64,000 nt of DNA, taken from NCBI GenBank assembly GCA_051362555.1, contig CM120645.1:10664001-10728000 (forward strand), written 5' to 3'. The stretch is from Lingula anatina. Lineage: Eukaryota > Animalia > Brachiopoda. A program made the translations under genes and the position numbers. Positions 11,601-24,600 of the stretch are shown here, one piece after another; the first letter of the stretch is position 1; every line of letters starts with the position of its first letter. Below the pieces are notes generated by a model that was not told the DNA's origin, did no database searches, and saw only the letters and a program-made list of their open reading frames with translations.

Positions 11601-13165
11601 GCAGATGTACAAATCACACTATCAATTCCACCTGTTTACCAACAATCAATCATACTTATATCTCACCTCTCTCTCTCTCTCTCCCTCTTTCTCTCTCTCT
11701 CTCTCTCTCTCTTAGTTGCATTATAATGCTTGTTACAATTTTGAAGCAAAAGTCACCATAAAACAAGGAGCGTGAGAGGCACCTACATGTATGCCTACCC
11801 TAGTACCTACGCTGTTGTCTACTGTGATATAGAAGTAAAGATATAAAGCCGACGCATCGCTTTTAAGTAACATGACGTTGATACGTCCATTCCTAAGCAG
11901 AATTTTGAATTTGATAAAAAAAATCATGCGTTTCTGCAAATAACGCCCATCCCAGTACAAGTGCAGAAAAATCACACATTAAAAAAAGAAAGAAAGCAAA
12001 AAAAAAAACGCAAAACCTGCCGTACTCGAGTGCGCTCAGTAGTATTATTCATTTATACACAAGAACCATGTAGTACCTATTTTTTTGATATTCTATTTAT
12101 AATTATAAAGACCATACCTCTCCGTTGGGGGCGTTCACTTGCCAGTGACAGTCCAAGTCGCTAGAATACGATCCATCCCCAGGCCAAGGGTCTATGGTCA
12201 CCGGAGCGGTCAGCACTGTGGGGTTCGAAGCTGGTGGGCAGACTTGTCCTTGGGATTCTAGAGTAGAAAATTGTAAAAAAAAAATTCAAGCAGTTCAAAA
12301 ATAATGGGACAATTTCCCACAAAACACTCCTGTGCCCCTCGTTGGTGGTATGCCATGCGGCTTATAGGAGATAATTGCAGTACGCCGTAAACGCACATGC
12401 TACTAATTAACAAGTGACTTTTGAAGAGTGCATTCTGATGTAAATTTGATGAAATATGGTGCGTCTTTTCGATTTTATGGCCAATAATTATTTATGTGAA
12501 AATCACTATAAAAACTCATTCTTGAGGGGGTGCATAATAATACTTTGAATAAATGGTATTTTGGTTTTTATCTAATGTAAGTCATGTTAAATATGGTATT
12601 TTTATTTTATAATATATATAAATTATTTTTTATTCTAAATCGGTCTTTAGCTATCATGTTATTATTTGTAAACAAAAGCACAAATGATTGAAAGTGGGAC
12701 AATTTTTGAGCAAGAGTTTATATCTACGGGTGTACCACTAGTACCAGTGATCATGTTGCTGGCGGATGACAATAGAAACCCATAAACAAGCAAAGTGCAG
12801 CATTATTTCGACCATAAACACCTGTCAGTAAAGATGAGAGGAGAGCAATTTTTGAAATAATTCAGATGACATCTTACAGGAATTCACTAGCAAATGCTGG
12901 AAGAAATTACTTTGTTATCAAAATCTCCTCCTTTACCTTTGATATATTTGATATGGGAGACTGGCTACATTACATAAACACGCAATAAATACTGACATCT
13001 AACTTCAATTAAAACACATATTTTCATTAAAATATCCCTACCTGTTATAAGAAAGAAAATCATCAGAAACTGCACTGCAAATAAGGCCTTACTGCAAATT
13101 AAACGTCTCTCTGCCACACCCATGTTTTCCTGTTGTTCCAGTGGGTTTGAAACAACGTTGCCCAT
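1891..13165 (-). CDS. Multi-exon type-I membrane protein: signal peptide + 4 CUB domains + mucin-like stalk + TM + short tail (gene span)
   Basis: Exons in transcript order: 13165(or 13123)-13042, 12257-12118, 11501-11294, 9629-9490, 8904-8697, 7024-6885, 6299-6092, 4119-3980, 3373-3166, ~2862/2812-2272, 1951-1891. Phases chain 1-0-1 through the CUB exons. CUB motifs: C..., YSSDLDCHWQV, LDIE..DC.YDYL, FCG, IHFHSD..VGSGF. Confidence 0.85.
2272..2862 (-). CDS. CUB gene Ser/Thr/Pro-rich stalk plus TM exon
   Basis: ORF 2214-2828 is S/T/P/Q rich, followed by AAAVVGGTAGAIAVIIIVTLGAFLFIK; donor GTATGC at 2271. Acceptor position is ambiguous (2862 phase 2 versus 2812 phase 1). Confidence 0.8.
3166..3373 (-). 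CDS. CUB exon B, copy 1 (VLEYSIDSLDIEDDTDCDYDYLKL...HFHSDDFFVGSGFRLIITP)
   Basis: 208 nt, TTTTAG acceptor, CAG|GTGAGT donor, open frame. Confidence 0.9.
3980..4119 (-). CDS. CUB exon A, copy 1 (ESQGQVCPPASNPTVLTAPVTIDPWPGDGSYSSDLDCHWQVNAPNGE)
   Basis: 140 nt, CTAG acceptor, GAG|GTATGG donor. Confidence 0.9.
5362..5637. mobile_element. ~276 bp MITE near each tandem-unit junction (also 8249-8524 and ~10854-11129)
   Basis: Imperfect TIRs CAGGCCAACTAC(C/T)AGA ... TCTGGTAGTTGGGTAGGCCTG; absent at the empty site 2998-3015 (aaagggctt^cgttaac). Confidence 0.6.
5638..5921. mobile_element. 284 bp non-autonomous CACTA/EnSpm-like (CMC) element
   Basis: TIRs CCCGCACGAAAATGAAGTAG / CTACTTCGTTTTCGTGCGGG, 2-bp TSD TG; empty site visible in the other copies (ggcctgggtttc). 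Confidence 0.85.
6092..6299 (-). CDS. CUB exon B, copy 2
   Basis: 208 nt, canonical AG/GT, open frame. Confidence 0.8.
6885..7024 (-). CDS. CUB exon A, copy 2 (acceptor AG changed to GG)
   Basis: Coding sequence as copy 1, but the plus strand reads gattccag instead of gattctag at 7021-7028. Confidence 0.65.
8697..8904 (-). CDS. CUB exon B, copy 3
   Basis: Reads identical to copy 2, offset 2605 nt. Confidence 0.75.
9490..9629 (-). CDS. CUB exon A, copy 3 (acceptor AG changed to GG)
   Basis: Reads identical to copy 2. Confidence 0.6.
11294..11501 (-). CDS. CUB exon B, copy 4
   Basis: 208 nt, canonical sites, several amino-acid differences from the other copies. Confidence 0.9.
12118..12257 (-). 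CDS. CUB exon A, copy 4 (first CUB in the protein)
   Basis: 140 nt, intact CTAG acceptor. Confidence 0.9.
13042..13165 (-). CDS. CUB gene signal-peptide exon (MGVAERRLICSKALFAVQFLMIFFLIT; ATG at 13123 or 13165)
   Basis: Hydrophobic core; phase-1 donor CAG|GTAGGG joins exon A to give ...FLITESQG/QVC, a plausible cleavage site. Confidence 0.75.
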
Positions 13166-14229
13166 TCAACACTATATATAATTTTCCGTGTTTGAATTAT
13201 CTTTATAATTCTGGTAACTACAACAGTTGCCTCATGTCATATTCATATTTCATTGTTATTTGTCCATGTTGTTAGTAGTGACGGCAAAACAGTGATTATT
13301 ATGGATGTTGGCATACCTATAATTTACCTTTAAAAAAACATTATCGAGTGATTTTGAAATTTACTTTCTTAGTAGGATACCTGTCCCAACGATCAATATG
13401 TGTGTATCATTAATTTTAATCATTTTGTCTCTTTATGCATTTCGAGTTATTCTGCGAGTTATTCTGCAACGTAAAATATACAAGTACATTGCCATATGGT
13501 CAGTATGCAGCTTCATAAATCACAGACATCAGTTTCTCCAATTATATATTCAGAAAGTATGTGTCATTGATTTTCACTCTTATTTTAAGCATAAGCTCCC
13601 AAGCTGGGAGGGTAGGATTCACAAGATAACTAAATTCGGCATGCAAGCTTAATTAGCTTGCTTCTTTCAAATAGGTCAGCTTAATTATGTATATATAATA
13701 TGTAATTAAATGTTGCATTATGAAGGTCAAACAGACAATTGTTTGAATATAAATAATATATTTATTTCTTTAAAAAGTGATACATTAAACCTTTTGTATT
13801 ATGTGCAATACAAACTGGAAGGCGAACAGACAAATGTACTTCGTCGACCTTTTTGACATTTGATAACAACCACACAAGACAAAACCCACAGCAGCATTTG
13901 ATTTTTACAATGGGCAAGATTATCAGCATGTATACGAAGATTGCAAAGTTTAATCATTTCACTCATCTTTTTTCGAAATATTTGTATAAATGAAGAGGAG
14001 ACAACTTTTTTCAAATTAAAATAATTATCATCACACCACTGAAAAAGCCCATACAACCTGATGAAGTGCACAATGAACTCGCAACCCCCCCGAGTCTTGT
14101 TTCAATTACTTGTACTGACAATATATGATTGTTACGTTATCATTCCAGGAAGAACCTACAATATATCTCGAACACCTGGTGACCTTGTTAGGCCATATTG
14201 ACAATATTCTGCCTAATACGCGTCACACT

Positions 14230-14522
14230 CAGGGTGCATTCAGAACAATTTGATCCGTGGACAAACTGATCTGCGAATCAAAAATGGCCAACCCACTTGA
14301 AAGCAATACTGCATAGTCCCTTAATGGGCTCCCTGCTTCTTACACATGCCATCCCTACAAGTGCACAATGATTTAATTTCTGCTCCACTTTGATCAGGCA
14401 TAGGGAACAAGGCAAACATCAGCATGAGAACGAATTGCACCCCAAAGTGGCGCCGATTTTTAAGTGGGTCGGCCATATTTAATATGCAGATCAATTAGCC
14501 TGCGGGTTCTGAATGTGCCCTG
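14230..14522. mobile_element. Palindromic MITE; related partial copy at ~27130-27285
   Basis: CAGGGTGCATTCAGAAC ... GTTCTGAATGTGCCCTG termini; inner inverted ATGGCCAACCCACTT / AAGTGGGTCGGCCAT. Confidence 0.7.
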
Positions 14523-15465
14523 TTAGTAATTGAAACAAGACTCACAAAGACTTGGTGAAGTAGTCATAATATTATCTTCACGTTAAAACAGCAACATGAT
14601 TAATCATTGTGCAGTCAATTTCAGGAGAATACAGAATGCTATGGTCCATGCAAGCATACTGTAATGGCACCTCACCCAATATAAAATTTTTTTCATGGAC
14701 TAAATACGATTCCGTCCCCCCAGTAAATGACTGCATAACTTACAATATCCTTTAAAACTAATAGAAACAAATTGACAATTTGGGTACTTAGTAAATCCCA
14801 TACTGATAAAAAAATCAAACTTATATTGTAATAATTTTACCATACTTATCAATTACATGCATCTTCAAAGGTAATGTGCTGCTATTCACACCGAACAAAA
14901 ACTATATTATTCAGAAGGGAATATAATGGGGATGTTTGAGCTTCAGAAATGGCCAGTCAAAAATTTTCCAGAATTCAAAATCATTCTCAAACAATGGCTG
15001 ATAAAAAAAATAATAATTAAATGTCCTTTTTTCTCAACTAATGGTACCACTATGCTACATTTCAAGAGTAATAACAGACTCGGCTTGCAGCAATAGTTTG
15101 GGCCTGTCCATGGGTTTAGGTGAAAGCTGACAGCAAGATTCAAGCTGACCACTGTTAAAATAACTTATTGACTTACTGTAAAAAAATTCCAATATTTAAT
15201 TCTTTCTTTTATATGTAGGTACCTGTATTCAGCAATTTGCCATCTATTTCCTTAGAATTTTTTTTACTGTGCAAATCTACATAAACAAAATTGACAAGAT
15301 GGTGAAACAAGTAGTTTTCTCGTCACAGCTTGCCAGACAATTTTCAATTCGTAAAATTAATCCAATTATGCAGTATTTGGTTTTCATGTAAAATGTTATT
15401 ATATATATATATATATAGTACAAAATAAAATACATTTAAATTGTGGCCTAATTCCTCCTCTTCTG

Positions 15466-15651
15466 TCATTCCTTTTCATTGGCTAAAATTGAATGTTTAC
15501 TGGTACCTAGTGAAGGGTTACTGGTAGGTATATGTTTAGAGTCTGGAGGAATTTGTACACGCTCCTCTGGGTAACGGTTATCTAGTCTTTGTATTCGCGA
15601 TGGCGGCCATATTATGTGTGTTGCGCGCCCTTGTATTAGCCCCATGGAAAT
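15466..15651 (-). CDS. IMMP2L: IMMP2L last coding exon
   Basis: TTTTCAG acceptor; ATHIIWPP motif; TGA at 15468-15466. Confidence 0.93.
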   Translation of the reverse strand: MSMGLIQGRATHIIWPPSRIQRLDNRYPEERVQIPPDSKHIPTSNPSLGTSKHSILANEKE

Positions 15652-18600
15652 CTGAAAATAGAGGTAAGTGGTTGAAAATTTAGCTACTTAAAGATCAAGG
15701 ATCGATATTTCCCTATCTCAAAGGAACCCTTTTTATCTCACACAAATACATCCCAAAATTACACTCTAAACAAAAAAATCAATTCATACACATTTATCCT
15801 ATTTATTTTGCCCATAAGTGACACTGTGACTTGTCCATAAGTGACACTGTGACTTGTCTGACTATCCATTCAAAGTAAACAATGACACAAATAATAAGCA
15901 GAGCATAATACTATTTCACAGAGCCACTTCGTACATACAGTCTTCATCTTCAAATAAGAAAGGACGAAAATTTGCACCTCCAATGGCGTACATACCGCAC
16001 CAAATATGTTACTATCGCAGCTCCTGTATTTACTGTCTCCCTCCACCCAGCAATGCCCCTCAGGAATTGTAACGTGACGGTTCTTGTAGGCCAGGGTCCT
16101 GATTGAAAATAAAACAAAAATAACAAAAAAGTATTATAACTAATCACCCTGCTTTGTTCTGTCACAAAATGCTAGAAAAGTTGCAAAATGTAAAATAAAT
16201 TAAAATAAATAAATTCCATTACCATGTTACCAGAAGGTATTTGGACATCAGACACATCCTTTTTTAATAATTACACTTATAATCTATTATATTTAGTTTT
16301 TAAATTCCACCCTCCCCCCCCCCCCCCCACACACACACAAAAAAAAAAATAAATAAATAAATAAATAAAAAGAAATAAAAAAATTGGCCAATGCTGACAT
16401 ATGCAACACCACAACCCCAGATCGACTGATACTGCCCTTCCCATTCTTTCATTAGTGTGTGCAGGGTCCTGACGTCACAACAACTTGGTAAATGTTACTG
16501 AGCCCTTCATCTCTATTGCAAGTATGATGAGAGTAGAGAGTAGATTCCCTCCTTACAACTTTGTCTCCAATGTGTTGTTTCCCAGGGGAGAGTGAGTTGC
16601 ATTCAGCAAGCTTTGAGTGTCATACACAGTATTCAGCCATATGTGCCTGACCTTGTCAGTTGGCCTAGGGAGACCACAATAAAGTTCTGTGTATCCACTT
16701 AAAAATATCAGTGTCTTCAAAATTTAGTTGTTTTAAAAATTCCAAAGGTCCAATGCAGTAAAAGTCAAATCCACTATAACTTTAATAAATGATCATGATA
16801 TTATTTGAAAGGGTAAGTTTTAAGCTTTATTTTAATAAACTTTGAACATTTATTATCATGGTGGTTCAAGTCAAAATATGGCTGCAGTAATAGTGAAAGT
16901 TAGATGACCACAAGTCTTTATGGTTTGCTCTGTGTCCAATCTCTGTTGGGTGATCCGTTTCTGTATACAATAAAAACTTGTTTGATCAATAAAAATCTTA
17001 TGGGCAACTTCCTTTAAATCTGATAAATCAGCGTTAAACTTGATAAGAAATTCCTTGCCATGAGGGTTACTTATAGTTGGTGAAAAATTAGTGTAAAATG
17101 CTCTTGCTTATAATATTCATTTAGTCCAATAATCTAGCACACGCACATTAAACAGACTGGAGTTTCATTCAATACATGGCACTCTGGAATATCAAGGAGT
17201 AGACTGTTGCGGTAACAAATATGGAGGTTTACAGCATATGAGTCAGTTTCTCATTTACTAGCTGTCAGATTTTGAAAATTCTCCACAGATCAAAATAAAT
17301 AATATAAGGATGCTGTGCATATTTGACGAAAATCTTTACATAATCGTGTCAAAATGGGACTCGTGACTAAATTTCACCATCACTGAGGAAGTCCTCTGCA
17401 CACTCTGGGGTCAGGTTAGTAGTATTTGTAGACAGAAGGCTTTGCATTTCTACATCTTCATTGCGGCGTTCTCGCCTACGATATCGCAAGCAACAGCCCA
17501 CTATGCCTCCTATGCAGAGCATCAACACAAACAGGCTTCCCAGATGCCAGGTGTAGAACAACGTCACAAGTGTCACCTCATGGGGACTGTCCTGTTTCCA
17601 TGGCAATGCTCTGGGGAGAGGGCTGAACAGGATGAACGCTGCCTGAAAGAACCATGTTCCTTGGAGCAGGAACAGAAATGTGCGTGCAAACGCTGCCAGC
17701 ACATGCTTGTCAAAGTACATCTCTGCTAACACGGCTGGAATTGTCATGTACAGAGTGTATAGGAGCAAAGTGTGCACGTGAGTGTTCAGCATTGTTCTTC
17801 CGTGTAAGTGGAACTTGAACAGGATGCTCTCCACCACCAGGGCCAGCACCACGGACATGTAGTCACACTTGCTGGGTAAAGCAACCTTGTGAAAGAGCAG
17901 GATGTCCACGACTCCGGTCAACCCGAACACGGCAAACATGGTGATGTGCTGGGCATTGCCCGCATGAACATAATGCAGTTTGGCATCGTAACCGTAGCTG
18001 AATTCCCCTACAATGCCTATGCCTGTGACCACCACTTTCACAATGCCTTCCCAGCAGATGGAGCCACTGTGACAGCACTTCAGTCTGGTGCAGTTACTAG
18101 CGACAGGATAAATGAGTCTGCATTGAAATGGCCGCTTCTTCTTCCTGTCTTGAGCGCGAAAATAATTGACCCAAATGTTGATGGTCCACCATATACCAAA
18201 AGCAATGAAGAATGAGCCTGGGAGAATATGTCCTTTAAAATTACCCATTTTCACTTGGGTTTTTTTTCTACTTAAACGAGTTCTTGGTCAGGTTCCAACT
18301 ATGAATTCAGATAGTCCAATAGCATGCAAGGTAGGGAGCAAAATCAAAATGAAAGATCACAATGAGGCACTGCCTATTTCCATTATCGTCACTCACTCCT
18401 AGTAGATGACTGTTCTAAATAGTTCAAGACACTCAACATAACAGTAAGAGTTGACTAAAACTGCACAAAATGACTGTCACCCTCATCATCTTGTGTACCA
18501 GAAGTATACTTAAGTGTATGCTCCCCAGGGAGGTGAGACCGTCTACGGAGTGCACCAGTGCTAAAATGACCAGGCTTCCTTGACTTGAATATTCATATAT

Positions 18601-21600
18601 AATTGTATAACATAATTGTATAACTTCAACCTTCGGGTTGAGATTCTCCAATAAAGATTATTATTATTATTATCATTATCATTATAAGTGCCTCCTTTTC
18701 TTTTCTTTGCCCCCTTTTCTTTTCTACCTGTGTAGCTCGCTATGAACAGAATCAAATTTGAATAGTTTTATGTAACTTAGCCTAACAGTATTCTCTTGTC
18801 TACCTGTTACGTCCACGCTTTCCTAACTTTCAAAAGAAGCAGGTCTAAATATAACACCCATTGTAAACATAAGCACAATGTGCAATATATACTATACTGA
18901 AAACAGTTTTAAGAGTGGGACATGGATTGTGAATTAAAAGAGAAAGCTCAGTGTCAAACCTGTGCCATTTTAAGATGTTATATGATGCAGTCCAACCTGT
19001 CCACCCCTCTGGCTTTTCTTACCCAAATGTTGATAAACAGTATAGTGGTAATGACTCGATATTTTCAATGGCAAAAAATAATCAAATTTTCAGATATATT
19101 ACATACATACATCTTACTAGCATTTGTGGTGCTATCACTGTATAGAATAAAACTTATGAGTAGCCTGCTTTTCAATTCTGTTATTTTGTTGTCATTGACA
19201 AAAGGGATGTTCTGAATAAAAAATAATTAGTCTTTAAAAGAATACAGTATCTGCAAAAATCACGATTTTCCCCAATGAGAAGAATGAGTCAATCCCATGT
19301 CTGTAATCATATGTACATAAATCTCCACACCTCTATATAGCCACTGTCCTGACAAGATTACACAGTCATCTTATCTTGTAAAATGCATAAAGAAGGGATG
19401 ACATTCTTGTTGTATCTAGTCATCAGAAAAGACTACAGATGAAAGATAATTCATTTCATATCATATCAGCACTGGGGCATCCTCTTCTATGACATCGACC
19501 TGGTAAGCAACAGTTTTTGACCCCATCTATGCAGCAATATACAGCCAAAATTAAAAAAAAAAACTATGCCCATTTTCGAACTTGAGCACCATATGAAGAC
19601 AATAAATAACTTATACCTGTGAGTCTCAAGCCCAACAACAATTTTTTCTCTGGTTATCGCAGTAACTTGAAAATGACATTACTTCCTAGCTTCAACTCTA
19701 GTTCCAGTGATGCTAGACTGTATAAAACTGATAACTGTGTTTACACACATAAATATATCTTAAATTTATTTGATCCACCTTTCTCTCTCTCAAAAAAAGA
19801 AAAAAAAAGAAAAAAATGTTTTTCATACATTACACCTGTGATCAGAAAACATGTTTATGGTGCAGTTTCTTTTCAGTAATCCTCAACTTTGTCTATTTAC
19901 TACACTCAATTTTTTGTTTTCATTTTTCGCCACTTACTTGACAGTATCCCCTTCTAGTGCAATTATTCGCTTGATCAAACGTTCTTTTGGGTCCTTGGGA
20001 GAACTGCAATAATATCAAAAACAGAATTTCAGATTAAGGCTACTCTTGTATCCCAGATCTGTAAGAGAGACCAGCAGGTGCTGCCCCCTTGTTGGAGTTG
20101 CTGAAACTATCAAGCAGAAAACTGTGAGAGATTATCCGTAGACTTGTTGTATCACCTGTTCATATCTCTACCCAGTGACTACTTTGTGGTATTCTTGCAG
20201 CTGGCAGATGAAAGTGTAAGTTAGTTATGATGCTATAATAATTCTGAACACATAAGATGAAATCTGCCATCAACTGGGAAGGTTGAAGAAAATGGAACAA
20301 AGTCATAGTTGTTTATTCACTGGACAGTACCTAGTTTACAGTTAACATATTTGTTTTACTTTTTTTTACCAAATTCATTATCACTAAATAAATTAGCAAA
20401 GTAAAGTAAAATGGACAAATAAGTTGTGTTTGTAGATACTTCAGCATCATCTCATTGCAAAAGTACATGTTGTTACAGATATTTTGTATGTTAGTTCCTG
20501 CCCCCCCCCCCCCCCCACCCACTCCCCCCACACACACACACTCACATGCAGATCTAGACATACTCTTAAGAATGAAATATAGTCTAAAATGAGCATTTTG
20601 CAAAATTATGAATACACGAAATATGCTTCTGGCATTAGAAGGCCTGAAGATAGCAATTTCAAAGGGAAAAAGTTCTTTTTTTACCAAGAAACCTAGATGT
20701 GTGCATCAGTACAGCATTAAAAAATTTTCAAAATTTTGATTCAAAGTAGACATTTCTGTGGCCAAAAATGAAAGACATTTCAAAAGAAGACTTATTCCTA
20801 CACCCACCCTTTTACACAGCTGCCTAAGGCAGCCTGTGCTATTAACTTTTCAGCTTATTGGCCTTGGCAATCTGACCACTTTCCTGAAATCTACTGGGCG
20901 AAATCAGATTTCACTGGTCCAAATAAAAATATCAGTAAGACCAGTAATTTTTATAGCATTAATATTAGTAATAACAAGTTACATTTCAGGAAATATTGAT
21001 TGGATTTGAAAGTGCTTTTGAAAACTTTAAGAAAAATTCTAATGACCATGTCTGACCACTAAATTTACACATTCTGAAAAATTCACTGGTTCAAACAAAA
21101 TTTCATATGCCAGGGGCACAGGACCAGTGGCTAACGTAACAGACTGCTAGAGGCCTGAGACATGACCCATGTCCACCAGCTGCAAGTGCAAGATCAGATG
21201 CCTGTGGTTCAAAATCAAGATGTTAATTTTTGACTGTATGACACGCTACTTAAGGGGGCTGTCACGAACCCTTCAATACAACAATGGAGGGTAAGTCAAT
21301 GTCCCCTTAATAATGGACATTAGAGCTGTTGTTGTTTACTTTGGCGTCAGCTGATTCAACTACAAGCACTCAATCAGAGAGTTGATTACAGGTAATAAAC
21401 AGACGATGCAGGTAATTATGAAGTAAGCTGAGTCAACATCTTTAAGGAACCATAACACTCCGCGCAAACAACACTGATGTCTAAACAACTGGGCTTTATT
21501 AGTAAGCAGACCTGCAGGTTAACGTTATATAACATGCAGGTTCGTCAAACATGTCAAAATTTTAAGTGCTTTCTATTGTGAATGTTCAAGAAGTGGAATC

Positions 21601-24600
21601 TCTAGTAACTAGCCAAAATAAGGACTCCATGTCAATGAGTGGTAAGACAGTATTCAAAGCTCACTAATCTAAGGACATTTCTCCTATCTCTTGCAAAATA
21701 ATAATAATTATCACTATGCACTTATTTGCTCAAAATTATGAAGTCCAATAGGCATATTAATCATGAAACCTGGCAAGATTTCTTTAATACTAATCAAGAT
21801 TTCATTTCCATAAAATATCAAGACAAACAGCATAAAGGGAAAGAAGAAAGTAAACTGAAAAAAAAAATCCAAACATAATACAAGGCAAACATTTTATTAA
21901 AAGGAAAGATGGCAACAATTTGAAAGAGAAAAAGACAGAAAAGAAGAAATCAAGGATAACAACCAGAAATGATCACTTTCAAAAATCAGGGTGCTCTCAT
22001 TCCTCTAAATACTTTAAAGTATTAAAATAATTCAAAAGCCAAATCGCACCACTACATAAGAACAACCCCACCATTCTTATGAACAACCACGATGATTCCT
22101 TAATTAACGCTCTCCTGACAAGTGTGTGCGCCCGCATGTCGCAGTACCAGTGCGTGTTATAGTGACACACGCCTGTGTTGAAATGCGCTGTTGAATCAGC
22201 TGATGGGGGAGGTATTGTTTGGTCATGCCTGTGTACATGTAAGCTAAAGGGCCAGAGCACACAATGCCGCGGCCCTCAACCCTCTGTTGATCCAGCTGAC
22301 AGAAAAATAAACAAATCCTACGGAAACATGTGCATGAGCTTCGCATGATTCGCGTGGCATGCGGGCAGGCAGGTGGGGTGTGGGGGGGGGGGGGAAGGAA
22401 AAACTAAAACAATGGGGTTGAATATACCTTCTGTGTTATCCATAGGTGGGGCAAGTTTATCTAATTACAATTATTGTTTTTTCCAGCATGTTACTTCCAA
22501 GAATGTAAAAGATGTCACTGCTGGTAATACCATAATGCAGAAACTTAACTAAATATATACCATTAAGGAAGACTGTGACATTTGGTTTCTAATCCCCAAG
22601 TCAAAATCCACTCACTTTGCAGTAACATAATGCAGTGACATATAACAGCTTATGAATCATCTGGCAATAACACATCTTCAGTCTCTTCCTGGCATTTATT
22701 GCCCTATTTTCCAAGCTGACTTTTGATAAATGAATCCAAGCTTCACATCAGGTATGCAGGCAAGAATCACCTTTGTGACTTTTTACTTATTAAGGATAAT
22801 TATGTCTTATCAATTGTTGTGTAAAAACCTGTCTACTAGTACACACCTTGACATTTCAATGCTACCATTATTTGCTTTATTTAATGATAATTTTAATGAT
22901 TTTATTATATTATCTAAGTAAACAAATCAACTCTAGGCCATTATACAATAATCCCTACTCAATATTTTATGCATTTCATGATGACAAACACATAAATAAC
23001 TTTTTTTAATGAATAATATCACTTACTAGAGAAAGTCATGGCACCAGAAAAAATATTGTGTTACTCTTAAATGCAAACACAAATAGGAACTCATGTGCAG
23101 TATTGAAAGTTGCCCCAAAGCATCATTTATTCAAAGGAATTTTAGCAAAGAAAAAAAAAAATCTCAAACAAAATCCTGTCACATAAAATAATTTTCTTTG
23201 ACAAATTACCCCTACTGTGTGCAAGGAGTGCCTTACGCAATTACGAGGTTAGAGGCTACCTTTTAGAGCTGGCTGCTCATACAGAGTTAAATCAAACAAA
23301 AAAATTCTCAAGCAATATTGTGTTAAATTAAACAATTTTCTCAGTGCCGCGTCACCAGTGTTAATAAAACTGTCTTCATGATGATATATTACTGCAAACT
23401 TGGAGTGGGACATAGCATAAAACAAAGACACAGGTATTGATTTTCCAAGCAAGCTGACTCAGATGACACCAGCCTCAGCTGCTCGACGTAAGCAGCACTG
23501 AACTTCCCTCAAGACAACAGACCTCCACTCACTGTGCAATTTATTAATTATCGTTATAATTCCAGGACAAGATCAACAAGGATAAATAACAAGGTAAGCA
23601 AAACTTTTAATTTTATTGCTGTATCTTAAGATGCATTTGAAACCATTGCCAGCAGTTTGTCAGGTGAGGTAGTAGTTTCAAAAAAAAAAAAAAAAAAAAA
23701 GATGCCAGTGGAGGATTGGAGAAGATTTCATTTTGCCAAAGCCTGTTTGAACTGAATTCAAAATCATATGCTTCATCTAAATTGAAAATTATTTTTAGTC
23801 AGTAACATCTCCATGCAGAGACAACTAGAAAGGCATCATGCCAAAATGTACATCAGATGTAATTAGAAATGTCTATGGATTACACAGTACTGCTTTCATA
23901 ACTCAATTTTGAATGCAAAAACAATTTAACTTTAAAAACAGGAAGTCTAAATATGCAGGTTATCGTGCTTCAATAAGGTGATATGATTCTGTACTTGTAA
24001 CCATGGCATTGCAGGCCCGTAGCCAGCAATTTCAAAGGGGGGGGAGTTCTTTTTCTGAAAAAGTGGACCTTTTACCATATAATCCCCATGTACCTAGGTC
24101 AAATTTTACCCAGAGTGGACCTTTTTCCAGCAAAAAGGGGGGTTTGAAACAAATTTTACCCAGAGTGGACCTTTTTCCAGCAAAAATCCCCCCTGGCTAC
24201 GGGCCTGCATTGTGGTGTACCAGTATTTAAAACTGAACCATGCCATTAACCAAAGTTACATGTAGTACAATCATAATCCTTTGATGACATCCATATTACA
24301 ACGCTTAAGTACATTTACTAAATTTTCTAATTTCCTGCTCATATTTATCTCCCAAATGCAAGTACTGTATATATCAATTTTCGTATTTTGTTATAATATT
24401 AGAAATGTGTGTGTAACATTCCTGAGGAAAAAAAAGAGTATGACTGTTGACACAAAATAAATATCTTAAGGTCTATAGTTTAAATACCATAGACATGTGC
24501 AGCTCCATTCGGTCTTTCTCTCCACTGTTGTTCGGGGTCAATCTGGTATTTTACAGTCCTTTCATGTATATAAATTAAATAATAAGTACATATCTTACAC

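Larger units (their letters stand above)
2998..13032. repeat. Tandem duplication, ~4 units of ~2.6 kb, each carrying one two-exon CUB module
   Basis: Exon B ends at 3166, 6092, 8697, 11294; intron sequence is also repeated at high identity. Confidence 0.97.

Noticed and set aside
13799-14071. MLLWVLSCVVVIKCQ as the CUB gene signal peptide
   Set aside because: Weak donor; 13042-13165 has a better hydrophobic core and a CAG|GTAGGG phase-1 donor adjoining the repeat boundary.
17442-18402. Overlapping ORFs on TMEM45 (likewise 49091-51196 on LRRN)
   Set aside because: Alternative-frame and antisense shadows of real CDS.
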